Source: a virus
Length of the DNA stretch: 64,000 nucleotides
Virus record (IMG/VR): IMGVR_UViG_3300029267_003703
Location: 1 to 64,000 of that record
Reading direction: 5' to 3' (one strand)
A program made the translations under genes and the position numbers. A model generated the notes under the pieces. That model saw nothing but the letters and a program-made list of their open reading frames with translations, did not search any database and had not been told where the DNA came from. Shown in pieces: positions 36,601-45,755 of this stretch. How positions within the stretch are numbered: position 1 is the stretch's first letter; every line of letters begins with the position of its first letter.

Positions 36601-37267
36601 TGCCGGCGGCAATGTGATCATCGGCGCGGGCGACACGGCAAACGTGTATCTCGAGGGCAGTACTGACGGCATCCGCTACGACACGTCGACTCACAAGCTG
36701 TACGCCATCGGTTCGGGCGTTATCAACCTCGTCACGACCAATGACACGGAGCTCGAGTTCAACGGCGTTGCCGTTCCTCACGACGCCAACATCACGGGCG
36801 CCAACTTCGCCAAGCTGTTCGACGGCTCCGACCTCACAGGCCTCGGACTCCACACCCATGGTGGAACGGGGACCGGCGGTGAGTTCACGGCCACGGCCAA
36901 CGAGGGCGCCGTTGTCGGCGTCGCCTATGACAGCACAGACGCTGGGGCGTTCAACGTCGACATCGGCGCCAACTTGGGCGTCGACACCACCCCGTACCCC
37001 ATCGGCTTCGCGGTTGCCGCCTCCACGGCCGGCAACCCCGTTCGCCTGGTGAACTCGGGTGAGGTCACCGTTCCGGGAACCCAGTTCACGGGCGGGGCTC
37101 CCACGGCAGCGGACGTCGGCAAGCCGGTGTACGCTTCCGCCACGGCCGGTCAGGTCACGTTGACTGCCCCCACGGGCGCAAACATCTACCGCACGAGGGT
37201 CGGTTACCTGACCTCCCCCACCACGGTCGCCATCAACATCGGCGACCCGGTCTTCCTTGCTGCGTAA
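33680..37267 (+). CDS. Gly-rich fibre/adhesin protein (1195 aa) with C-terminal DUF2190-like domain
   Basis: Many GGxVxIxxGxG beta-solenoid repeats; C-terminus paralogous to that of 31994..33418. Confidence 0.8.
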   Translation: MADLRALVIPTTGAGAGNYAHLLDGDQLQVGAGIKGTSGTNVLVISDASGSGTIRVPAAQTLEVTNIDVGGPIYIGQNGATAVQVGQAGITIDVGTPSDATATINLNGNVLTRGTETVVGTSEFQEDATFQGDVTFGVQSTTETDTVTFASHTRITSNMIFGLANRRIAMEDGALDTTAYQFTVSGGDGGAYDSVAPGDGGGLGIYGGSGGAYPAGTGGDGGSIVITGGTGGTGSTQGDGGDVEIKPGAGTNYGSVIVGHATPSEAYLLFLSSNDVSPTQADGPGFRISSSGNMQFCNAGGTWTSFAAGDTLPTGTNDGDRLEYASGSPGSWQVVQDIHMASTGDRTIDVRSAATARSLTIAAGTTTTADAAGANLYLIGGAALGTGIGGGVSVSGAQNGTGGPGGLVAISGGNSTAMDGGDVTVVGGTAAAGAGDGGNLTLAGGGTTGGSRGTVYTYGPWELKSSSSSVYAVVNLQCTNVTNSADGYTTGTRFLDNVGMIWAYKGDGYLITQENADAASVGGPMTLQGGRGTGAGGGALNLYGGNAETTGAGGTVTITGGAGGATSGNGGSVAVNAGTTTTSGAGGNITLTASSAATSGLGGNITGTAGNSAGAGGAGGHVNFDAGQGTGTGDGGYVRIRASKGGAGGNGGDATVQAGDGGTSTGDGGDVFLIPGVGDGDGVAGKAIVGSASMDQSHLLFWTTDGLPDTTDGPGIRYNADTDAMEYNDASVADWTPFAGGGGGFVNAGSDDYQILYWDESGDQEWKPTSELQLPNGDNRGIYIEADSTARTLTVAGSSGLAATNSGGDLALIGGPGKTTGTGGSVRIAGGYTGSGGTMGDVYLDGGYFDGVYGNIYVGSLNTGGTSEVLQFGASGGNQLQIDFTNNGNSRVISSITFDPSSDREVNMAAAAGKGATLSLVGQDSTDNDGGDVQVLAGAASPGAGSGGSVLIRAGEANAGTGGSVTVNAGSGILAGGNVIIGAGDTANVYLEGSTDGIRYDTSTHKLYAIGSGVINLVTTNDTELEFNGVAVPHDANITGANFAKLFDGSDLTGLGLHTHGGTGTGGEFTATANEGAVVGVAYDSTDAGAFNVDIGANLGVDTTPYPIGFAVAASTAGNPVRLVNSGEVTVPGTQFTGGAPTAADVGKPVYASATAGQVTLTAPTGANIYRTRVGYLTSPTTVAINIGDPVFLAA

Positions 37268-37282
37268 GTAGCGGGCTGACCT

Positions 37283-37312
37283 GGGCGGCGGGGTGTGACA
37301 GCTCCGCCGCCC
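37283..37312 (+). terminator. GC-rich intergenic hairpin (terminator or processing/stabilising element)
   Basis: GGGCGGCGG...CCGCCGCCC 9-bp stem; no clear U-tract. Confidence 0.45.
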
Positions 37313-37345
37313 GCCACGTCTTCGGACGAGTAGGAGATAGAGAAG

Positions 37346-40300
37346 ATGGCTCTCGAGCGCGCGATCACCATCAACAACAGTACTGGCGGCTCTCCGATCG
37401 GGGCGTTCGCAACCATCAACGATGGAGACACGCTGCTCGTTGCCGAGGGCATCCAGTCGACCCAAACGGACATCACCATCACCCCGAACAGCGGGCAGGT
37501 GAAGCTTGTGGGCAACGCCCCGGTCATCAACTCTGGGTACTCCGGAGCCGACCAGGACGTCACCTTGTGGTTCGTGCGGGGCACCGGTGCCAACGTCGGC
37601 ATTCGATGGGGCCAGACCGGCACCCAGACCATGGAGATTACCAACGACGGCACCAATTGGTACTCCATCGCTACCGCCGGATCCTCCTTGATTGGCTACA
37701 CGGAGGCCGCTGCCAACTATTCTACGGCTCTTGGCTCTGGTACCGCTGCTGCCGGCGCCCACGCAAACTCCGTCCTCGTAGGCTTTGAAGCTGGCGCTGC
37801 TTTGACTGGGGCCGACAACGTCATTATCGGCTATCGAGCCGGAAAGGCGATGACAACTGGCATCAACTCGGTGATCATCGGGTCCGGTGCTGCTGCACTA
37901 ACAGCAGGATCTGCTGAAGACAACGTCATCATCGGTAAGGGGGCGTTTGCTGCCAACACCGGTACATCAGACCAGAACATCATTATCGGTTCTGGGGCAG
38001 CGGCGAACTATAGCTCATCCAACGGCCACAACATAGTGGTTGGGTACCAGGCCGGTGCTGGTCTGGACACGGAATCGTATTGCACGATAATTGGATACCA
38101 GGCTGGTGCGACGGTGGGTGGCGGCAACGCCATCGCCATCGGGTATCAGGCAGGATATCAGATAGGGAGTTACTCGGTTGCCATAGGCGATCAGGCCCTC
38201 TACGCTGCAACGGCGACCAACAACGACGTGGTTGCAATAGGCCGTCAAGCTGGCCGCAACTCTAACGGTTACGGAACGGTTTACATAGGGCAGTATGCCG
38301 GGCGCAACGCTAACGGTGGCTATAACGTTGGCATCGGGTACACCGCTTTGGAGATGAGTGGAGCGAGTTATGCGGGGTTCAACGTCGGCATCGGGTACAG
38401 GACATTAGCCATCTTGAGTTCCGGTGATAGGAACGTGGCGCTTGGCTACCAGGCAATGGACGTTTCCACCAGTGCATCGAACTCAGTAGCCATCGGCAAC
38501 TCAGCGTTAGGGTCGAATACGACCTATAGCGGCAACGTTGCGATTGGGTCGAACGCGATGAGTGGGGCCAACGGTGGCACCGAAAACGTCGCCGTTGGGG
38601 CGTACGCAGGAGCCAGCATCACCACCAGCTACGGAGTCGCCGTTGGCTCGTATGCGGCATACAATCGAACGTCGTTCTTGAATGGAGTCGCTCTGGGGAG
38701 GCAGGCCGGAAGTGGGGGCAGCGGCTCGGACTGTGTGTACATTGGAGAACGCACTGGAGAAAGTGTCACCGGCGACAATAACGTCGCCATAGGGTACAAC
38801 TCACAACGGTATGCGCGCACTGGCACAAGCTCCAACAACATATCCATCGGGTACGAGTCCCTCAGGAGCAACACAACAAGCGCTGCCAACGACAACATCG
38901 CGTTTGGCTATCGGGCCTTGTACAGCACGGTAGCAACAGGCAACATCGCCCTTGGGAGGATGGCTGGGTACTCAAACACCACCGATAACTACCAAGTGTA
39001 CATCGGGTGGGGCGCGGGGCTGGACAGCAACTTCAACTGTGAGGGGAACGTAGGTGTCGGCTACCATGCGCTTTACAACGTACGCGGCATTGGGAGCGGT
39101 GGCTGCGGACGGAACACGGCAGTCGGGTATCAGTCCCTCGAAGCCCTCACAATCAACACCACGGACACGCAGGCGATCAGCAACACCGCGATTGGCTATC
39201 AGTCAGGCCTCAACATTGGGGATGCTGCCGATTACAACACGGCACTTGGTGCAGAGGCAATCGGCAGTGGGGCGTTGACCGCCAACAACAATACGGCAGT
39301 TGGCTTCCAGTCCCTGTACAACGTGACAGGTGGGGGCAACACTGCCGTGGGGACTGCGAGTGGAGACTCCATCACGAGCGGCGAGAATAACGTTTGCGTA
39401 GGGTACAACGCAGACGTATCCGCAAGCACTGACACGAACGAGATCGCAATCGGCTACGCTGTGACAGGCAAGGGGTCGAACACAACGGTGCTCGGCAACA
39501 CATCCGTGACCGACACCTACGTTCGAGGCAACCTACGGGTCGGCAACGAATCCACTGCCGCAAAGTACCTCTACTTCCAGAACAGCACAGGCGCTACTCA
39601 GCCTGGTTTCCGGTGGTCGGGATCGGCCGTCGAATGGTCGAACGACGGTACCAGCTGGTACACGTTTGCGGCGGGAGGCACGTCGCTTACCGGTTACACC
39701 CAGTCCGCATCGCCATACGGTACTGCGCTCGGAAGCGGGACTGCTTCTTCCGGTGCCGCCCTGAACATGACCCTGCTCGGCTACCAGGCCGGTGCGTCGC
39801 TTACAACTAATGGCGACGACAACACCCTGTTGGGGTTTCAGGCTGGCTCCTCGATCACTTCTGGGTATCAGAACGTATGCGTTGGGTCCAATACCGCCGT
39901 CAATGCTACGGCGAGCCTACAAGTGGCTGTGGGGTACAACGCGAGGGTCACGACCAGCCAGCCAGGGAGCATGCAATTCGGCAATGGTACCAACACGTAT
40001 GCCAGTCGGACGGCACAGTTCGGGGATGCCTTCTACCAGTACATCCTGTACGCAAACAGCTACCAAAGCTATTCAGACGTGTCGCTGAAACAAGACATCG
40101 AATCGCTTTCCTCCGATGAGGGACTATCACTCATCCAAAAGCTTCGACCCGTATCCTTCCGCATGAAAACAGGCACAACTGAATACGAAAAGCGGAAGCG
40201 GTTTGGACTCATTGCCCAAGAAGTAAAGCTTGCGGTGGAGGAAGCCGGGGTTGGAGCGCGTAGCGTATACTTCGACGAAGGTGAGATCTGGGGGCTGGAC

Positions 40301-40399
40301 TACAACCAGTTTGTAGCCCCATTGATCAAGTCAGTACAAGAACTATCCACGATGGTGAAAGAGCTTCAAGCAGAGGTGGCTCTGCTGAAAGGAACGTGA
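37346..40399 (+). CDS. Tail fibre with YadA/Hep-Hag-like repeats and C-terminal intramolecular chaperone (peptidase S74)
   Basis: Dozens of N[VT]A[IV]GYxA repeats; YSDVSLKQDI..LRPVSF..FGLIAQEV..LDYNQFVAPLIKSVQEL. Confidence 0.9.
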   Translation: MALERAITINNSTGGSPIGAFATINDGDTLLVAEGIQSTQTDITITPNSGQVKLVGNAPVINSGYSGADQDVTLWFVRGTGANVGIRWGQTGTQTMEITNDGTNWYSIATAGSSLIGYTEAAANYSTALGSGTAAAGAHANSVLVGFEAGAALTGADNVIIGYRAGKAMTTGINSVIIGSGAAALTAGSAEDNVIIGKGAFAANTGTSDQNIIIGSGAAANYSSSNGHNIVVGYQAGAGLDTESYCTIIGYQAGATVGGGNAIAIGYQAGYQIGSYSVAIGDQALYAATATNNDVVAIGRQAGRNSNGYGTVYIGQYAGRNANGGYNVGIGYTALEMSGASYAGFNVGIGYRTLAILSSGDRNVALGYQAMDVSTSASNSVAIGNSALGSNTTYSGNVAIGSNAMSGANGGTENVAVGAYAGASITTSYGVAVGSYAAYNRTSFLNGVALGRQAGSGGSGSDCVYIGERTGESVTGDNNVAIGYNSQRYARTGTSSNNISIGYESLRSNTTSAANDNIAFGYRALYSTVATGNIALGRMAGYSNTTDNYQVYIGWGAGLDSNFNCEGNVGVGYHALYNVRGIGSGGCGRNTAVGYQSLEALTINTTDTQAISNTAIGYQSGLNIGDAADYNTALGAEAIGSGALTANNNTAVGFQSLYNVTGGGNTAVGTASGDSITSGENNVCVGYNADVSASTDTNEIAIGYAVTGKGSNTTVLGNTSVTDTYVRGNLRVGNESTAAKYLYFQNSTGATQPGFRWSGSAVEWSNDGTSWYTFAAGGTSLTGYTQSASPYGTALGSGTASSGAALNMTLLGYQAGASLTTNGDDNTLLGFQAGSSITSGYQNVCVGSNTAVNATASLQVAVGYNARVTTSQPGSMQFGNGTNTYASRTAQFGDAFYQYILYANSYQSYSDVSLKQDIESLSSDEGLSLIQKLRPVSFRMKTGTTEYEKRKRFGLIAQEVKLAVEEAGVGARSVYFDEGEIWGLDYNQFVAPLIKSVQELSTMVKELQAEVALLKGT

Positions 40400-40400
40400 T

Positions 40401-40715
40401 ATGGCACTTCAGATCGCAAAAGAGACCCCCTCTGGAGTCAGCGTGGAGTATTGGCGGATCAACCCGGTCATGACGATCGACATGGTGGAGCGCAAGGTGT
40501 ACGCCAGGCTGATGGCCTACGTGTCGCAGGCCGCGCGTACGGGCGGCAAGAGGGAGGTCGTGATGGCCGACGAAGTCGTCGGCTTTGACGCCGTTCAGCG
40601 GATCGTGCTCGATGGTGCCGACTTCGGGACGGCCCTTGCGGCGGGTGAGTTCCGAGACGTCATGTACGCGAAGCTCAAGACCGAGGACTTCTTCAGCGGG
40701 GCCGACGACGTCTAG
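40401..40715 (+). CDS. Small fibre-associated protein
   Basis: MAL....T..GV..EYWRI ... Y..LK...FF.GA.DV; immediately follows the fibre gene. Confidence 0.7.
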   Translation: MALQIAKETPSGVSVEYWRINPVMTIDMVERKVYARLMAYVSQAARTGGKREVVMADEVVGFDAVQRIVLDGADFGTALAAGEFRDVMYAKLKTEDFFSGADDV

Positions 40716-40766
40716 TCTTGTACTTCCTTCTGTTTGGAAGTAACTTTCCGGCAGGAGGAAGAACAC

Positions 40767-41150
40767 ATGGCGCAGAAGAAGAGCAGTGTAAGGAAGACCA
40801 TGGCGCAAAAGACCGCGAAGAAGGCTGCGAGTCCCGGTACCCCTCTCCCGTCCGGCGGGAAGAAGGTCACACCGAAAGACAAGAAGGCCGTCGACGAGAT
40901 GAAAAAGGCGCTCGACGAGCAGCGTGAAGTTGTCGTGAGAGCGGCCGTTCAGTACGAGCAGGCCAAGACGATCCACAACCAGCAGGTCGCCAAGCTCTTG
41001 CAGCTCGATGGCGAGCTCACCGAGAAGGTCAAGTCGATGCTCGACAAGTACGAGCTCGATCCCGAGACCAAGAACTACAGCTACAACTTCGACAGGGGCA
41101 CCTTCACGGAAGTCGAGCCCCAGCAGCCGCCGTCGGCCCCCAAGGAGTAG
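40767..41150 (+). CDS. Coiled-coil protein with Lys-rich N-terminus (resembles 11076..11372)
   Basis: SD AGGAGG; DKYELDPETKNY..GTFTEV. Confidence 0.75.
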   Translation: MAQKKSSVRKTMAQKTAKKAASPGTPLPSGGKKVTPKDKKAVDEMKKALDEQREVVVRAAVQYEQAKTIHNQQVAKLLQLDGELTEKVKSMLDKYELDPETKNYSYNFDRGTFTEVEPQQPPSAPKE

Positions 41151-41153
41151 TAG

Positions 41154-44100
41154 ATGGCGTGCACGCCTCCAGGCTGGAGTACCCAGGCATGGGGCTGGAC
41201 CCCTTGGGGTAGTCTTCCTGGGGGCAACATCCCGTTCCACGAGCCCTTCACGACGTACTGTGTGGGGCCGTGCGGCGAGATGGAGGACATCCTGGCGTAC
41301 CTGCCGGTGTCCATCTCTGGCGACTTCGGAACGAAGCTACCTGATCAAGACCTGTGCATGTGGAGCATTGCCGGCCCTTCCGGCGTGGCGATCCCCACGG
41401 TGCTCACGATCGAGCACGTTCCGGACCCGAACTCTCCGGCGCCGGCGGGCACGCCCCCAAGCTGGACGCTCGAGCTCACGGCCGAGCTCGTCTCCCTCCC
41501 CACGGAAGTGGAGAACAGCGTTGAGCACGTTTGGTTTGGTGTGTGGGACGAGGACGGCAACTCGGTCGGCATCTACGTGTCGCAGACGCAGATTGGATGG
41601 GGGCCACGCGTGGGCGAGCAGCCCATCGGCATTCTGACCCCCGCGCAGCTCAACGGGTTCCACCTTGAGGAAGGTGTTTTCTACACCTTCCGCATCTCGG
41701 TCAACGACACGACGCAGGCCGTCTTCATCTACATCACGAAGACGGACGACCTTCTACAGCCCGGAGGCACCCACGCTTTGCGGGCCATCGTGCCGCTGCC
41801 AGGGCAGGTCGGCAGCCACACGGAAGCGACGACCGTCAGCGTGCGCGGCAGCGCCGGGCACGAGGTGCACATCTGCCTCGACTCCATCTGTCTGGCTCCC
41901 GCGTTCATGGCCCCGAACATGCCGCCGATTGCGGACGCCGGCGAGGAGCAGGAGATCAAGCTCTGCACCCTCGGCGAGCTCGACGGCACCGGCAGCTACG
42001 ACCCTGAAGGCTCCCCGCTCATCTACTACTGGCGGCTGACGGACGGCCCCGTGGCCAGCCAGTACGTGTTCGAGGGTCTGGACGGAAGCACCCAGCCACT
42101 TGCTATCCCTACCGGCTTCACGAACATCCTGAGCACCACGCTCATGGACGACGAGTTCCTGAGCAAGGGGCTGCCGATTGGGATCGGTTCAGGGGACGTG
42201 CTTCTCATCGAGGGCATCGCCTACGACATCATCGCCGTCAACGCGACGGAGATCACCATCAGCGGCGAGTTCCTCGAGGACAACTGGAGCGCCAAGTACT
42301 TCAAGGTGCTCAAGCAGTCCATCCTCGACGACCCCTCGAGCCCGACTCCGCACTTCTACCCGGACGCCCCGGGCTTCTACCGTTTCGAGCTCATGGTCAG
42401 CGACGGCGGCATCTTCTCGGAGCCGGACGTGACGGTGGTCGCCGTCCGCGAGTCCCCCATGCCCCGGGGCTGCACGCCGAACGTGGGGTTCATCTGGACC
42501 AACCTGTCCGACTTCTGGTCACTGGTAGAAGAAAGAGAAGTGATCGAGACCGTGTGGAGCGCGATCACGCAGATCGCCGCTGGTCAGCTGCTCACTTTGT
42601 GGCAGGTGGACTACAACAAGAGCCTGCGAGACATCCAGCGCTCGATGGTTCGCAAGTGGCTCTACTACGACCTGCTCATTCAGGAGCCCTTCTACGACCT
42701 GACCGAAGTCAAGAAGATGGACAACACGACCGGCTTCCTGACGGGCGCCGGCGGCGTAGTGCAGCCTCCTCCGTTGGGCGGTGTGACCTACGACTTGGAC
42801 GCGGACTACAGCGGCGAGGACATCCAAGAGCACGACTGGCTCATCCTCGAGGGCGTGGGCTACCGAATCAAGAAGACCTCGGTCGTCGGCGGCGTGACGC
42901 GTCTGACTCTGTACGATGCCATTTACAACAACCCGCCCATCCCTTCTCTGCCGGACTGGACCATCGCACGGCCGACCACGAGCTCCCAGATCGACTTCTG
43001 GAGCGGGCTGGTGGTCGCCGGCGACAATGCCTTCGTCGAGGTGCTGAACAACGAGACGGGTGAGGTGTTGTACCTGCAGGTCGACGTGCTCGGTGCGGCT
43101 CCGGAGAAGCCGGGCGGCGTCGCCTTGGACCCCACGGAGTACCTGCCGTACACCGACAACGACCTGTACACGCTGCACTTCATCGCGGTCTTCCGGCGGA
43201 AGTACACGCCGATCAACGACCGCATCCTGGACGTGCCGTACCTGCAGGTCATCCTCAAGGACCCGCCCGAAGACCAGGTACTTCAGCGCAACGTCGACTT
43301 CTTCATCGACATGTTCCGTGACCGTAAGTGCCTGCGCTTCGACAGCGTGTTCGTGCACGAGGAGCCCGGGTCAACGGTCCCCATCATCATCGTCGACGAC
43401 CCGACCCCGCCGGCGAGGTTGTGGGCTGAGTTCACGTACATCGACAACCGCCAGGTCATCGAGTCGAACTTCGGCGTCGCTGCGGACTTCACCCTCGACG
43501 ACCTCGAGAAGATCCAAGCGGCCTCCCCCGGAGACTTGGACTATCTGTCGGCAGTTCAAGGGCTCTGGTACGTCTTCTTCCACGCGCCCACGCCGTACAA
43601 TCTGCGCATCGGAACGCAGATTCTTCTTGGTCTGCCGTTCTCGGAAGAAGATGGGCTGATAGAGGAGATCAGGCCCAACTTCTCCGCGGCCGGCACGCGC
43701 GTCTTGATTCGGGACAAGGAGGAGACGGGCATCGTCCGATCCTACACCTACCAAGATGGGCTGGACTTGGAGATCAACCCGGAGACGGGGGTCGAGTACG
43801 TGGAGGGCGACTCGATCCAGAAGTTCGCTCCGCTGTCCACGGGCGTGGTCGTCTATGACTACCTGAACAACCCGCAGTGGATGTCGGTCCTCATCAGTCA
43901 GGGCGTGTTTCGGGAGATCGAGAAGTTCCACAAGTTCTTCGTACGCATCGAGAGCCCTGCCTTCTCTTTGGCCGGCGCCGTGGCGGCGCGCAAGCTGGCG
44001 CTGGCGGTCAAGCCCATGCGTACCTATCCCCTTACTGCGGTTCGGTACGAGGTCGGGCCCGACGACATCGACATTACGGACATCATGGCCCTGACGGTCA

Positions 44101-45038
44101 AGCTCGGGCTGCACGACGGCCCATGCTTCGACTTGTGGGGGTCGGCCAACATCTGGAATGAGGGCGATCCCGGCGTGGTCACCATCTTCCCGCCTCCGGA
44201 TGGACGGCCTGATCTGTTGACGGCACCCCCGGTGCCCGGCGTGGACACCTTCACTCATCACGAGAACCAGCCTTGGCCTCCGGCCCCTTGGTACTCGAGC
44301 TGGGAGTCGGAGTACACGACGCACGAGCAGCATGACGTCGGTATGGCGGGGCTGGACAAGGCAGGAGGCTTCCACGCCCCCATCGTGTGGCCGCAGTTCC
44401 TGGACCCGAACCCTGTGCCCCTCGAGTCCTGGGACTTCGAGCTCGAGGCCATCAGGTTGTACTTCGAGCTCGATGGGGCGGCCGAGGCGACGCCCACGTA
44501 CGACCTCGACATTCTGGTCAACAGCTTCGTCGTGCTCACCCTTCCGTTCACGGTCATCTGGCAGACCAACCCGCACGGCGGCAACGACTTCTTCGAGCTG
44601 CGCCACGTCCTGCCGGCGTCCCTCACCATCAATTCTGGTGACACGGTTCAGGTGCGCCTCTCCCCCAGCGGCGTCGGCACGGGTAACCCGAACTGGACCA
44701 ACGTCGAGGGTCTGCTCTTCGGCAAGTATCTGTACGAGAACCCCGATCTGATGTGGGGCTACGGCTATCAAGACCTGTGCCCTGACGACGAGATCCAGCT
44801 CACGCACTACATGGCGTGGGCCTCGCCCATGATGGTGCAGTACAACACCATCTTTTCCTACGGCCTGCCGGTGTACCCGGCTTACGTGGACCCGGTCACG
44901 AGCACCATCGTGCTGGACCTGGGCAACCCCACTCTGAGCGTGCCTCCCGGCAGCGGCCTACCCGGCTGGAGCTTCGGGCAGGTTTTGAATCCGCCCCCGC
45001 CCCCGTATACTGGGTACGCATCCATCAAGGTGATCTGA
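41154..45038 (+). CDS. Large baseplate-associated protein with split PKD domain (1294 aa)
   Basis: PPIADAG..LDGTGSYDPEG.PL.Y.W and TPHFYPDAPGFYRFELMVSDG PKD halves; wedge-like NFG..PTPYNLRIG..ILLGLPF. Confidence 0.75.
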   Translation: MACTPPGWSTQAWGWTPWGSLPGGNIPFHEPFTTYCVGPCGEMEDILAYLPVSISGDFGTKLPDQDLCMWSIAGPSGVAIPTVLTIEHVPDPNSPAPAGTPPSWTLELTAELVSLPTEVENSVEHVWFGVWDEDGNSVGIYVSQTQIGWGPRVGEQPIGILTPAQLNGFHLEEGVFYTFRISVNDTTQAVFIYITKTDDLLQPGGTHALRAIVPLPGQVGSHTEATTVSVRGSAGHEVHICLDSICLAPAFMAPNMPPIADAGEEQEIKLCTLGELDGTGSYDPEGSPLIYYWRLTDGPVASQYVFEGLDGSTQPLAIPTGFTNILSTTLMDDEFLSKGLPIGIGSGDVLLIEGIAYDIIAVNATEITISGEFLEDNWSAKYFKVLKQSILDDPSSPTPHFYPDAPGFYRFELMVSDGGIFSEPDVTVVAVRESPMPRGCTPNVGFIWTNLSDFWSLVEEREVIETVWSAITQIAAGQLLTLWQVDYNKSLRDIQRSMVRKWLYYDLLIQEPFYDLTEVKKMDNTTGFLTGAGGVVQPPPLGGVTYDLDADYSGEDIQEHDWLILEGVGYRIKKTSVVGGVTRLTLYDAIYNNPPIPSLPDWTIARPTTSSQIDFWSGLVVAGDNAFVEVLNNETGEVLYLQVDVLGAAPEKPGGVALDPTEYLPYTDNDLYTLHFIAVFRRKYTPINDRILDVPYLQVILKDPPEDQVLQRNVDFFIDMFRDRKCLRFDSVFVHEEPGSTVPIIIVDDPTPPARLWAEFTYIDNRQVIESNFGVAADFTLDDLEKIQAASPGDLDYLSAVQGLWYVFFHAPTPYNLRIGTQILLGLPFSEEDGLIEEIRPNFSAAGTRVLIRDKEETGIVRSYTYQDGLDLEINPETGVEYVEGDSIQKFAPLSTGVVVYDYLNNPQWMSVLISQGVFREIEKFHKFFVRIESPAFSLAGAVAARKLALAVKPMRTYPLTAVRYEVGPDDIDITDIMALTVKLGLHDGPCFDLWGSANIWNEGDPGVVTIFPPPDGRPDLLTAPPVPGVDTFTHHENQPWPPAPWYSSWESEYTTHEQHDVGMAGLDKAGGFHAPIVWPQFLDPNPVPLESWDFELEAIRLYFELDGAAEATPTYDLDILVNSFVVLTLPFTVIWQTNPHGGNDFFELRHVLPASLTINSGDTVQVRLSPSGVGTGNPNWTNVEGLLFGKYLYENPDLMWGYGYQDLCPDDEIQLTHYMAWASPMMVQYNTIFSYGLPVYPAYVDPVTSTIVLDLGNPTLSVPPGSGLPGWSFGQVLNPPPPPYTGYASIKVI

Positions 45039-45748
45039 TGCCCTTCAGCGAAGACATCGACCTCAAGGTCAACGTTCGAATCGAGGCCCGAGAGCGCGGC
45101 AAGCTCGTGCGCGTCCACGAGAGCCACAACATCTTCCTGAACACGGGGCGCGACTGGCTTCGTCAGCTGATGTCCTTTCGAGAGGCGCCGGATCCGATGC
45201 CTCCGGAAGGCGTGTACGTCGACCCGTGTCAGGGCGGCACCGTACCGTACTACAACAGTCGGCACTCTCTCATCAGGTACATGGCCTTGGGCATCGGTGG
45301 CTCCAAGCAGATCTATCCGGCCGCGGAGTTCTTGGTGCCGCCGCTCAGCCACTACCAACCGCAGTCCTTCTTGCAGACGGACACCGACCCGCTGGTCTTC
45401 AAGCTCGAGATTCCGGTCGTGCTGGACCTTCTCGGTCAGCCCGTGCCGCCGCCGGCAGTGGGCCCGAAGTGGCTGGGGCAGATAGCCAATCCAGTTTTGC
45501 TCGGCACAGGCCCAGGGCACGTGAAGTACACCCGCTTGTTCGCGGAGGCCGAGATCTCTGTTCCTCCATTCGACAACGTCCCTCTCTCGGAGATCGGTCT
45601 GTACATCGACGATCCGGACCCGAACTACATACTGACGAAGCCTGACCCGGTCGCACCCCCGTACAACCTGGTCGCCTACGACCAGTTCAACACCATCGTG
45701 AAGACCAACGCCATCGCCCTGCAGGTCGATTGGACGTTCCGCATCTGA
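45038..45748 (+). CDS. Baseplate/tail-collar fibre-like protein
   Basis: HNIFLNTGR, IRYMALGIGG, LSEIGLY, AYDQF..I.KT..LQVDWTF; TGATG overlap. Confidence 0.75.
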   Translation: MPFSEDIDLKVNVRIEARERGKLVRVHESHNIFLNTGRDWLRQLMSFREAPDPMPPEGVYVDPCQGGTVPYYNSRHSLIRYMALGIGGSKQIYPAAEFLVPPLSHYQPQSFLQTDTDPLVFKLEIPVVLDLLGQPVPPPAVGPKWLGQIANPVLLGTGPGHVKYTRLFAEAEISVPPFDNVPLSEIGLYIDDPDPNYILTKPDPVAPPYNLVAYDQFNTIVKTNAIALQVDWTFRI

Positions 45749-45755
45749 GGTTGCA

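Noticed and set aside
33680-40399. Diversity-generating retroelement or invertible shufflon acting on fibres
   Set aside because: No reverse transcriptase or site-specific recombinase in the window; repeats are diverged at protein level, not adenine-specific TR/VR pairs or inverted crossover sites.
508-41156. In-frame TAG-ATG junctions at 508-513, 14504-14509 and 41148-41156 as readthrough sites
   Set aside because: Flanking proteins look unrelated, two have their own SD and one has a double TAG; ordinary tight gene packing.
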